64,000 nt of DNA from Eledone cirrhosa (taxonomy: Eukaryota), in NCBI GenBank assembly GCA_964016885.1, contig OZ024742.1, positions 46,500,001 to 46,564,000 on the forward strand. Direction: 5' to 3'. Below, in pieces: positions 1 to 11,820 of this stretch (position 1 is the stretch's first letter; each line of letters starts with the position of its first letter). A model generated the notes under the pieces. That model worked only from the letters and a program-made list of their open reading frames with translations, was not told the origin of the DNA and searched no databases. A program made the translations under genes and the position numbers.

Positions 1-1519
1 TATAACAATTTATTCGTAATAAATTTGTAGATACACTTTATAGAAAGATAACACAATTAAACAAAAGACAAACAAAAATCAAACACGCTTTGTTTTATTA
101 TAATATTATAAAAACAACCTTTGCCTTTATTATAGTTTTATTAAAACAACCTTTGACAAATATACCATAATTTCATTTTACATTCAATTTTAAAGTCAAT
201 GAAATAAATGCAATCAGCCATGATATTATTTTTATATATATTTTTGTCACACTTCACTGAATATGTTCTAAGTCATTATATATCCTTTTTTCATACTTCA
301 CTGAACACGTTCTAAGTCATTTAACTTCAAATTTTTTAAAAACAACAACATCAATAACAATAACAACAACAACAAAGATATTTAAGCGATATGAACATAT
401 GTAGCTCTTTATCAATATTGTATTTGTAATTAAAAAAAAAATCTATTAACAAAGTTCATTTCATAAAAATAGTTATAAAAAAAACAAACAAAAAAAATAC
501 AGTGCTAACAAATTGTTATATTATAATAGTGTTGATCAATCTACTAGAAATAGCAGACAAAATTAATTCCCTTCATATTACGTTATTGCCTTGAAAACAA
601 GATAACATAAATAAAGATATACAATGCTCGAGAGATGGACGGGAAAGGCATGGTTTGAATACCTTGGATCATATGTTTGCTCAAATATCTCATTTTAACT
701 TCCTCTGTCTCAATCACTATTCCTCTCTGGAAGAAACCGGCTGTTTTCTGTCTGGAGAGGGAGGGGCTCCGCCAGGTGGAAAATATCTAAGACATGCTGT
801 GCCTCAGGTGGTACACTTTCGACTCATCGGGGGTTAAGAACCTTTAACCATACCTGTCCACTTATACTAATGAGATTGGATATCTAAAACTAATGAGATT
901 GGATATCCTTCAATCATCGATCTGAACAATCAGGGCGATATGAGACTAAGTAACAAGAATTCTACTACAACACAGCATTTCCTTGCTAAATACATCCAAA
1001 TTCCACGACAGAACGACAGAACGACATTCAATTACAACATAACTCGGTACTTTCTCACAACCTTTTACACAACTGTATTTATGACAACATAGAAAGAACA
1101 ACAATAGGTACAATATTCAATGATATAATTCAGTATTTTTAGGCGCCAACTGAAGTCTGAAATTTCTCATAAGAATAAAAATGATTAGTTGAATTGTCTT
1201 TAAAAATGACATAGTTGATTATTGTAAGCCTGTGTAGTTTTCATCATTAAATCTACCATTATTGAACAGCCAAAGGCGACTTTACATTGTACAACATAGA
1301 AACAATTAAGTGGTGGAAAATTGTTTCAAAGTAAAGGCTATATATCCAACAGATGGAACAGTAAAGACTATATATCCAACAGCTGGAACAGTAAAGACTA
1401 TATATACAACAGCTGGGAAAACAGTCGAAACAAGAACAAGAAAAGCAATTGTAAATTCAGTCAATTAAATTGATAGAAAAGAAAACATTGGACGGATTCT
1501 TATTTAAAATATTGCTGTT

Positions 1520-2045
1520 GATTAATGAAACAGTGATAGCTACATACATGTTAATGAAAATATTGTTAACTATATACACATTAATGAAAGCAGTGTTAGC
1601 TATATACACATTAATGAAAGCAGTGTTAACTACATACACATTAATGAAAGCAGTGATAACTACATACACATTAATGAAAGCAGTGATAACTACATACACA
1701 TTAATGAAAACAGTAATAGCTACATACACATTAATAAAAACAGTGTTAGTTACATACACATTAATAAAACCAGTGTTAGTTATATACACATTAATGAAAG
1801 CAGTGTTAGTTATATACACATTAATGAAAGCAGTGTTAGTTATATACACATTAATGAAAGCAGTGTTAGTTATATACACATTAATGAAAGCAGTGTTAGT
1901 TATATACACATTAATGAAACCAGTGTTAGTTATATACACATTAATGAAAGCAGTAATAGCTACATACACACTAATGAAAGCAGTGTAAGCTATATACACT
2001 TTAATGAAAACATTGTTAACTACGTACACACTAATGAAAGCTACA
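1520..2045. repeat. 30-bp minisatellite, about 17 units (TACACATTAATGAAAGCAGTGTTAGTTATA)
   Basis: Unit recurs at 30-bp spacing; explains the repetitive ORFs 1457-2089 and 1470-1988. Confidence 0.95.
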
Positions 2046-2224
2046 TACATATATTGTCGTGGAATTCTGAGAAGGATAAGGATAAGCAACAGCTGATGTA
2101 AGAATTATGAATTTGTATAAATACTTTCTTAATACAAACACAGGATCTCACGCATTTCTGCGTACAAACGATGTAAGGATTGAACGTATAAACACATATT
2201 ACACTATTACATTTATACATGTTT

Positions 2225-2225
<1 letters not shown>

Positions 2226-2316
<91 letters not shown>
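2226..2316. repeat. (CTA)n microsatellite
   Basis: Pure trinucleotide run. Confidence 0.98.
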
Positions 2317-2317
<1 letters not shown>

Positions 2318-2475
2318 GAAATAAACACACACACACACACAAACAAATACACAAACACACATATATATATAATGTAATTGTATATGTATGTATATATATG
2401 TATATATATGAGTTTGCTTAATGAACGTTCTTCCGTCTCTCTCTCTCTTTTCACACACATGTGCACTCATGCATT

Positions 2476-2508
<33 letters not shown>

Positions 2509-2989
2509 TAAAAGGGTTAAAGAGAAGGAGTAGATTTTACCTCAATTTTTTCGTTTTCTACAAGAATTATATTTTCATTTGCTGCCTGACAATCATTTGA
2601 AAACTCTTTGATTAGTGTTTTACCAAACAATGACTAGATATTTGCCACTTGCTGGTTAAACAGTAATATTTCTGTATGGAAGTACACCAACTTAAGGTGT
2701 TGAAATATTCAGAAGTGGCGCCTGTTTTTACTTGACATAGTCTGTAATATCAAGTAATAGTTGTAGTGTCATAGTTGTAATGTCATATGGTGAGAGATAG
2801 TCGTTGAAGTGTCATACGTTGTTTGATATGTTAAGAGGTCATAATTGCAATGGCATATCTTGAGAGGTAATATATCTAGTGTCATATGCTGAGAGATAAT
2901 AGTCGTAGTATCATATGTAATGTCATATGTTGAGAGGTAATAATTGTAGTGTCATATCTTGAGAAGTCATAGATGTAGTGTCATATATA

Positions 2990-3125
2990 ATTGTTTCTCC
3001 TTTTGGTACATGGCCAGCAATTACCCAGTGCATTACTGGTACTTTATTTTATCGACCCCGTAAGGATGAAAGGCAAAGTAAACCTTGGTGGGATTTGAAC
3101 TCAGAATGACAAGTGCCGTAAATCT
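2990..3125 (-). mobile_element. tRNA-derived SINE, 5'-truncated copy
   Basis: Minus strand reads GAGTTCAAATCC (B box) then TTTGCCTTTCATCCTTACGGGGTCGATAAAATAAAGTACCAG; matches copies at 3142, 8556 and 45626. Confidence 0.85.
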
Positions 3126-3141
3126 ATGTGTCATATATAAT

Positions 3142-3327
3142 TGTTTCTACTTTAGGCACAAGGCCAGCAATTACCCAGTGCATTACTGGTACTTTATTTT
3201 ATCGACCCGGTAAGGATGAAAGGCAAAGTCAACCTCGGCAGGATTTGAACTCAGATCGTAAAGGGACGTAACTATGCTGGAAAGCATGGCGTCCGACCCT
3301 CTACCAATACTGCCAATCCACCGCCCT
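3142..3327 (-). mobile_element. tRNA-derived SINE, full-length, with TSD
   Basis: A box TGGCAGTATTGG and B box GTTCAAATCC on minus strand; flanked by TGTGTCATATATAAT (3127-3141) and TGTGCCATATATAAT (3328-3342). Confidence 0.9.
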
Positions 3328-3344
3328 TGTGCCATATATAATGT

Positions 3345-6300
3345 CATATCTTCAGAAGTAATAGTTATAGTGTCATATATTGAGAGGTAATAGTCGTAGT
3401 GTCATATATTGAGAGGTAATAGTTTTAGTAACATATCTTCAGAGATAATAGTTGCAATGTCATATATTGAGATGTTATAGTTGTAGTGTCATATGTTGAG
3501 AGGTAATAGTTGTAGTGTCATATGTTGAGAGGTAATAGTCGTAGTGTCATATGTTGAGAGGTAATAGTTGTAGTGTCATATGTTGAGAGGTAATAGTTGT
3601 AGTGTCATATGTTGAGAGGTAATAGTTGTAGTGTCATATGTTGAGAGGTGATAGTTGTAGTGTCATATGTTGAGAGGTGATAGTTGTAGTGTCATATGTT
3701 GAGAGGTAATAGTTGTAGTGTCATATGTTGAGAGGTAATAGTTGTAGTGTCATATGTTGAGAGGTAATAGTTGTAGTGTCATATGTTGAGAGGTAATAGT
3801 TGTAGTGTCATATGTTGAGAGGTAATAGTTGTAGTGTCATATGTTGGGAGGTAATAGTCGTAGTGTCATATGTTGAGAGGTAATAGTCGTAGTGTCATAT
3901 GTTGAGAGGTAATAGTTGTAGTGTCATATGTTGAGAGGTAATAGTTGTAGTGTCATATGTTGAGAGGTAATAGTTGTAGTGTCATATGTTGAGAGGTAAT
4001 AGTTGTAGTGTCATATGTTGAGAGGTAATAGTTGTAGTGTCATATGTTGAGAGGTAATAGTTGTAGTGTCATATGTTGAGAGGTAATAGTTGTAGTGTCA
4101 TATGTTGAGAGGTAATAGTTCTAGTGTCATATGTTGAGAGGTAATAGTTGCAATGTCATATATTGAGATGTTATAGTTTTAGTGTCATATGTTGAGAGGT
4201 AATAGTTTTAGTGTCATATGTTGAGAGGTAATAGTTCTAGTGTCATATGTTGAGAGGTAATAGTTGTAGTGTCATATGTTGAGAGGTAATAGTTTTAGTA
4301 ACATATCTTCAGAGATAATAGTTGCAATGTCATATATTGAGATGTTATAGTTTTAGTGTCATATGTTGAGAGGTAATAGTTGTAGTGTCATATGTTGAGA
4401 GGTAATAGTTTTAGTGTCATATGTTGAGAAGTAATAGTTGTAGTGTCATATGTTGAGAGGTAATAGTTCTAGTGTCATATGTTGAGAGGTAATAGTTGTA
4501 GTGTCATATGTTGAGAGGTAATAGTCGTAGTGTCATATGTTGAGAGGTAATAGTTCTAGTGTCATATGTTGAGAGGTAATAGTCGTAGTGTCATATGTTG
4601 AGAGGTAATAGTTGCAATGTCATATATTGAGAGATAATAGTTGCAATGTCATATATTGAGATGTTATAGTTTTAGTGTCATATGTTGAGAGGTAATAGTT
4701 GTAGTGTCATATGATCAGAGGTCATAGTCGTAGTGTCATATGTTGAGATGTAATAGTTGTAGTGTCATATGTTGAGAGGTAATAGTCGTAGTGTCATATG
4801 TTGAGAGGTAATAGTTGTAGTGTCATATGTTGAGAGGTAATAGTTGTAGTGTCATATGTTGAGAGGTGATAGTTCTAGTGTCATATGTTGAGAGGTAATA
4901 GTCGTAGTGTCATATGTTGAGAGGTCATAGTTGTAGTGTCATATGATCAGAGGTCATAGTCGTAGTGTCATATGTTGAGAGGTAATAGTTGTAGTGTCAT
5001 ATGTTGAGAGGTCATAGTCGTAGTGTCATATGTTGAGAGGTAATAGTTGTAGTGTCATATGTTGAGATGTAATAGTTGTAGTGTCATATGTTGAGAGGTA
5101 ATAGTTCTAGTGTCATATGTTGAGAGGTAATAGTCGTAGTGTCATATGTTGAGAGGTCATAGTTGTAGTGTCATATGATCAGAGGTCATAGTCGTAGTGT
5201 CATATGTTGAGAGGTAATAGTTGTAGTGTCATATGTTGAGAGGTCATAGTCGTAGTGTCATATGTTGAGAGGTAATAGTTGTAGTGTCATATGTTGAGAT
5301 GTAATAGTTGTAGTGTCATATGTTGAGAAGTAATAGTCGTAGTGTCATATGTTGAGAGGTCATAGTTGTAGTGTCATATGATCAGAGGTCATAGTCGTAG
5401 TGTCATATGTTGAGAGGTAATAGTTGTAGTGTCATATGATCAGAGGTCATAGTCGTAGTGTCATATGTTGAGAGGTAATAGTTGTAGTGTCATATGATCA
5501 GAGGTCATAGTCGTAGTGTCATATGTTGAGATGTAATAGTTGTAGTGTCATATGTTGAGAGGTAATAGTTCTAGTGTCATATGTTGAGAGGTAATAGTCG
5601 TAGTGTCATATGTTGAGAGGTAATACTTGTAGTGTCATATGTTGAGAGGTAATAGTTGTAGTGTCATATGTTGAGAGGTAATAGTCGTAGTGTCATATGT
5701 TGAGAGGTAATACTTGTAGTGTCATATGTTGAGAGGTAATAGTTGTAGTGTCATATGTTGAGAGGTCATAGTCGTAGTGTCATATGATCAGAGGTCATAG
5801 TCGTAGTGTCATATGTTGAGAGGTCATAGTCGTAGTGTCATATGTTGAGATGTAATAGTTGTAGTGTCATATGTTGAGAGGTCATAGTTGTAGTGTCATA
5901 TGTTGAGAGGTAATAGTTTTAGTGTCATATGTTGAGATGTAATAGTTGTAGTGTCATATGATCAGAGGTCATAGTCGTAGTGTCATATGTTGAGATGTAA
6001 TAGTTGTAGTGTCATATGATCAGAGGTCATAGTCGTAGTGTCATATGTTGAGAGGTAATAGTTGTAGTGTCATATGTTGAGAGGTAATAGTTGTAATGTC
6101 ATATCTTGAGAGGTAATAGTTGTAGTGTCATATGTTGAGAGGTGATAGTTGTAGTGTCATATGTTGAGAGGTGATAGTTGTAGTGTCATATGTTGAGAGG
6201 TAATAGTTGTAGTGTCATATGTTGAGAGGTAATAGTTGTAGTGTCATATGTTGAGAGGTAATAGTCGTAGTGTCATATGTTGAGAGGTAATAGTTGTAGT

Positions 6301-7885
6301 GTCATATGTTGAGAGGTAATAGTTGTAGTGTCATATGTTGAGAGGTAATAGTCGTAGTGTCATATGTTGAGAGGTAATAGTTGTAGTGTCATATGTTGAG
6401 AGGTAATAGTTGTAGTGTCATATGTTGAGAGGTAATAGTTGTAGTGTCATATGTTGAGAGGTAATAGTTGTAGTGTCATATGTTGAGAGGTAATAGTTGT
6501 AGTGTCATATGTTGAGAGGTAATAGTTGTAGTGTCATATGTTGAGAGGTAATAGTTGTAGTGTCATATGTTGAGAGGTAATAGTTGTAGTGTCATATGTT
6601 GAGAGGTAATAGTTGTAGTGTCATATGTTGAGAGGTAATAGTCGTAGTGTCATATGTTGAGAGGTAATAGTTGTAGTGTCATATGTTGAGAGGTAATAGT
6701 CGTAGTGTCATATGTTGAGAGGTAATAGTTGTAGTGTCATATGTTGAGAGGTAATAGTTGTAGTGTCATATGTTGGGAGGTCATAGTCGTAGTGTCATAT
6801 GTTGAGAGGTAATAGTTGTAGTGTCATATGTTGAGAGGTCATAGTCGTAGTGTCATATGTTGAGAGGTAATAGTTGTAGTGTCATATGTTGAGAGGTAAT
6901 AGTTTTAGTGTCATATGTTGAGAGGTAATAGTTTTAGTGTCATATGTTGAGAGGTAATAGTTCTAGTGTCATATGTTGAGAGGTAATAGTTGTAGTGTCA
7001 TATGTTGAGAAGTAATAGTTGTAGTGTCATATGTTGAGAGGTAATAGTTGTAGTGTCATATGTTGAGAGGTAATAGTTGTAGTGTCATATGTTGAGAGGT
7101 AATAGTTTTAGTGTCATATGTTGAGAGGTAATAGTTGTAGTGTCATATGTTGAGAGGTCATAGTCGTAGTGTCATATGTTGAGAGGTAATAGTTGTAGTG
7201 TCATATGTTGAGAGGTAATAGTTGTAGTGTCATATGTTGAGAGGTAATAGTTGTAGTGTCATATGTTGAGAGGTAATAGTTGTAGTGTCATATGTTGAGA
7301 GGTAATAGTTGTAGTGTCATATGTTGAGAGGTAATAGTTCTAGTGTCATATGTTGAGAGGTAATAGTTGTAGTGTCATATGTTGAGAGGTAATAGTTGTA
7401 GTGTCATATGTTGAGAGGTAATAGTTGTAGTGTCATATGTTGAGAGGTAATAGTTGTAGTGTCATATGTTGAGAGGTAATAGTTGTAGTGTCATATGTTG
7501 AGAGGTAATAGTTGTAGTGTCATATGTTGAGAGGTAATAGTTGTAGTGTCATATGTTGAGAGGTAATAGTTGTAGTGTCATATGTTGAGAGGTAATAGTT
7601 CTAGTGTCATATGTTGAGAGGTAATAGTTCTAGTGTCATATGTTGAGAGGTAATAGTTGTAGTGTCATATGTTGAGAGGTAATAGTTCTAGTGTCATACG
7701 TTGAGAGGTAATAGTTCTAGTGTCATATGTTGAGAGGTAATAGTTCTAGTGTCATACGTTGAGAGGTAATAGTTCTAGTGTCATATGTTGAGAGGTAATA
7801 GTTCTAGTGTCATATGTTGAGAGGTAATAGTTGTAGTGTCATATGTTGAGAGGTAATAGTTCTAGTGTCATATGTTGAGAGGTAA
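3345..7885. repeat. 29-bp tandem satellite, about 155 units (GTGTCATATGTTGAGAGGTAATAGTTGTA)
   Basis: Strict 29-bp period; degenerate units extend to about 2750 and about 8010. Confidence 0.98.
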
Positions 7886-8345
7886 CATTAAGAGTGTCAT
7901 ATCTAGTGTCATATGTTGTTAGGTAATAGCTGTAGTATTATATGTTGTCATATGTTGCACGGTCATATATTAAGAGATAACAATAGGAATGTCATATATA
8001 TCATATGTTGTGAGGCAACACCAGCACCGTTTCTTGAAGAAACCAAATAAAGTTGATGACAGAGAACATCAAAAGTATGTCGAAGAATGGTGAAGATCAA
8101 TATCGATCTTTTAAAGAAGAAGTTTTTCCAAAGAATGATTGATCAATTTTCTCTAACTCTATTTCATATCTGCACAGACACACATGGATACATGGTATCA
8201 TATGCATGCATACGCACAGGCATACACAATTACACATACATGATTATAAATACAAACATACACACATGCATATACAAACTGATACACACACACATGCCCA
8301 GACATCCAGACACATACACATGCATAAACACACTGGCACAAATAT

Positions 8346-8347
<2 letters not shown>

Positions 8348-8437
<90 letters not shown>
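8348..8437. repeat. (CA)n microsatellite
   Basis: Pure dinucleotide run. Confidence 0.98.
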
Positions 8438-8440
<3 letters not shown>

Positions 8441-8555
8441 TATTTAAAAAACGAATACAGGAAGTTAGCACAACACATCATGAAAGGACCGACTCATAAT
8501 CAGTTACTTTAATGTTTCCGACAAAATATGGCTGTTGCCATTATTCGTGACAATT

Positions 8556-8772
8556 AGGGTGGTGAATTGACAGAACTAGTAGAGCATTGGACAAAATGTC
8601 ATGGTGGTTTTAGTTCTGGCACTTTCCGTTGTTAGTTCAAATTCTACCAAGGTCAACTTTGTCTTTCATCCTCTTAGAGTCGATAAAATAAAATACCAGT
8701 TAAGAGTCGATATAATCAACATTCCCGTTCCCACAAAATTTCTGGCCTTGTGCCTAAATCAGAAATCATTAT
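8556..8772 (+). mobile_element. tRNA-derived SINE, diverged copy; a second SINE head follows at about 8790-8860
   Basis: GGTGGTGAATTGACAGAA...AGTTCAAATTC...GTCTTTCATCCTCTTAGAGTCGATAAAATAAA...CTGGCCTTGTGCCTAAA, homologous to the 3142 copy. Confidence 0.8.
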
Positions 8773-8860
8773 TCATGCCAATAATAGAAAACGCTGGCTG
8801 GGTAGAGTCGTTCGAACAGCCAACGAAATCGCAGCAGTATTTTCCGGCTCTTTACTTTCT

Positions 8861-10023
8861 ATCTACCTACCTACCTACTTACCTACCTACCTACCTACCT
8901 ACCTACCTACCTACCTGTCTACCTACCTACCTACCTACCTACCTACCTACCTACATACCTACCTACATACCTACCTACCTACCTACCTACTTACCTACCT
9001 ACCTACCTACCTACCTACCTACCTACCTACCTACCTACCTACCTACCTACCTACCTACCTGCCTACCTACCTACCTACCTACCTACCTACCTACCTACCT
9101 ACCTACCTACCTACCTACCTACCTACCTACCTACATACCTACCTACCTACCTTCCTACCTACCTACCTACCTTCCTACCTACCTACCTACCTACCTACCT
9201 ACCTACTTACCTACCTACCTACCTACCTACCTACCTACCTACCTACCTAACTACCTACCTACCTACCTACCTACCTACCTACCTACCTACCTTCCTACCT
9301 ACCTACTTACCTACCTACCTACCTACCTACCTACCTACCTACCTACCTACCTACCTACCGACCTACCTACCTACCTACCTACCTACCTACCTACCTACCT
9401 ACCTACCTACCTACCTACCTATCTACCTTCCTACCTACTTACCTACCTACCTACCTACCTACCTACTTACCTACCTACCTACCTACCTACCTACCTACCT
9501 ACCTACCTACCTACCTACCTACCTTCCTACCTACCTACCTACTTACCTACCTACCTACCTACCTACCTACCTACCTACCTACCTACCTACCTACCTACCT
9601 ACCTACCTACTTACCTACCTACCTACCTACCTACCTACCTACCTACCTACCTACCTACCTACCTGCCTACCTACCTACCTACCTACCTACCTACCTACCT
9701 ACCTACCTACCTACCTACTTACCTACCTACCTACCTGCCTACCTACATACCTACCTACCTACCTACCTGTCTACCTACCTACCTACCTACCTGCCTACCT
9801 ACCTACCTACCTACCTACCTACCTACCTACCTACCTACCTACCTACCTACCTACCTACCTACATACCTACCTACCTGTCTACCTACCTACTTACCTACCT
9901 ACATACCTACCTACCTACCTACCTGTCTACCTACCTACCTACCTACCTACCTACCTACCTACCTGCCTACCTACCTACCTACCTACCTACCTACCTACCT
10001 ACCTACCTACCTGCCTATCTATC
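8861..10023. repeat. (CCTA)n microsatellite, about 1.16 kb
   Basis: Tetranucleotide run; source of the spurious PTYL ORFs. Confidence 0.98.
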
Positions 10024-11810
10024 TTCAAAATCGAGCGGTCCATCCGACAAGGGTGCCCTCTCTCCTCCCTTCTGTATGTGTTGACTCTCGAGCCACTACT
10101 GCGGAAGTTGGAGTTGTTGCAGGGCATCCCTTTGGAACCGGGATTGCGGAAAGCGGTGTCGGCCTACGCCGATGACGTGACAGTAATGGTGTCGACGGCC
10201 TCCGAAATCGAGGCGGTCGGCACCTTACTGGAGGAGTACGAAAAGTTCACAGGGGCTAAGCTGAACCGGGACAAGTCGATCGGTTTGCAACTCGGCACGT
10301 GGAGGGGCAGACCGATGCCCTCCGATAGCGTCGTCGGACGCTGGACGGAGGGCCCGGTGAAGTTGCTCGGGGTCTGGTTCGGACCGGACCTCCAGGTGGA
10401 GAAAAACTGGGCGGAGGTTACGAACAGGGTGTTTGCACTGACCCAGAAGTGGGCCAGTTGCAAACTATCCCTGAAAGGTCGGGCGGAGGTGGCGAACACC
10501 TACATAGCGTCCGTCATCTACTACCGCCTGACCGTAGTGCCCTGCCCAAGGGAAACCCTCACCAAGATGGAGCGCGCGCTCTTCCAATTCCTTTGGAAGA
10601 GGCGGGCTCCTATGGTGAGGAGATCCATCTGCTGTCAACACCCTTCGAAAGGAGGGCTGGGGATGCCGTGGCTAATGATGCGTAAACACGCATTAAGGCT
10701 ACGGCACCTCTACGTATTCCTCACCGGACAACCGGTGTGGGCCTCGTTTGTGAGACGAACCTTTCCCAGACTCGTCTCACTCACCGAGCTGCAATCCTGG
10801 GTCAAGCAAAGACCGAGAAAACTGGGCGCCTGGCACACTGAGTGTGCCCAGGCGCTCACCGCCCTCTGGCAGGCGGATCCGGTTATCAGTGGAGACTCCA
10901 CCGCAACATTCTATAGAGGGCTGGTACGCAGCAGGTGCGACGACGCCCTCGGAGAAGCCCTAGACATGGAGGAGGACGAACTGGCCAGCCTGTTCGGTAG
11001 GACATTCAGCCCGGGACCTATGGACAACTTCCAGAAGTCCCTGGCCTGGCAGTGCTACCGAGGGGCTTTACCCGTTCGAGAAAGGCTCTACAGACACGGG
11101 CGCCCGGGTAGGGACCCCGCCAAAAAGATCTGTCCCAGATGCGTGTGCGACGAGGAAACCGTTGCACACGCATTAGTACACTGCTCGGGCGTAGCCGATC
11201 TGTGGGGCTATGTCGAACAACTGCTGTCAAGGGTGGGACCGATCCGGTTGACCACCGAGTCGATTGTAATGATCAAGCCGCCTCCCCCCTTCAAAGATGA
11301 AGCAGAGGCGGTGTTTCTGTGCGTAATAGCCATGGCGAAAGAGGTTGTATGGTGGACGCGTCTGAAAGGACTGAGGTCGGGCACCTTTCTCTCTGGCCAA
11401 CAACTGGTCCGTTTCTTCCGATATCATTTCGGAAGAAGGATCAGGATGGAGAGAGAGGTGCTGCACCCCAGCCGTTTCTATGAAAGATGGGTGAAAGTGG
11501 CGAGAATGGCCCGTGTGAATGGGCCTTCACTCTACATCAGACTATAGGTGAGGAAGATAAAAGACCAAGGGAGCACCCCTTCTCTGTGCTCCTGAGGAGA
11601 AGGGTTGCACACTTTTTTCGGGGGTGTGTGCGACCCCCCAAGGCGCCTCCTCTCTATTGAGGATTTTGTTAAAAATTTTATTTTTTGTTATATCTTATTT
11701 TATTTTTATATTTTGTTATTGCCTTCTCCTTATTGAGGACGCCTTTTTGTGTAAACTCCCCCCTTTGTACTTGTCCCACTTTTGATGCCCTAGTGGCAAA
11801 TAAAAGAAAT
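10024..11810 (+). mobile_element. Tx1-like (L1 group) non-LTR retrotransposon, copy 1, 5'-truncated inside RT
   Basis: Starts at [14 protein letters not shown]; has AYADD, KLLGVWF, GGLG and the CPRC...H...C finger; ORF open to 11547; 3' UTR ends AATAAAAGAAA; near-identical to 14297-16082. Confidence 0.92.
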
Positions 11811-11820
11811 ATATCTATCT

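Noticed and set aside
655-860. GC-richer patch with a short ORF, possible exon
   Set aside because: No recognisable protein in any frame and no convincing splice pair.
1457-2089. Long ORFs on both strands
   Set aside because: By-product of a stop-free 30-bp minisatellite.
3345-7885. CRISPR-like 29-bp repeat array
   Set aside because: Units are contiguous with no spacers, there are no cas genes, and the context is eukaryotic.
8861-10023. Telomere-like repeat with telomeric retrotransposons
   Set aside because: Unit is CCTA rather than CCCTAA, and the tract is interstitial and begins inside a SINE head.
8601-10175. 524-aa PTYL-repeat ORF
   Set aside because: Translation of SINE + (CCTA)n + out-of-frame Tx1 sequence.
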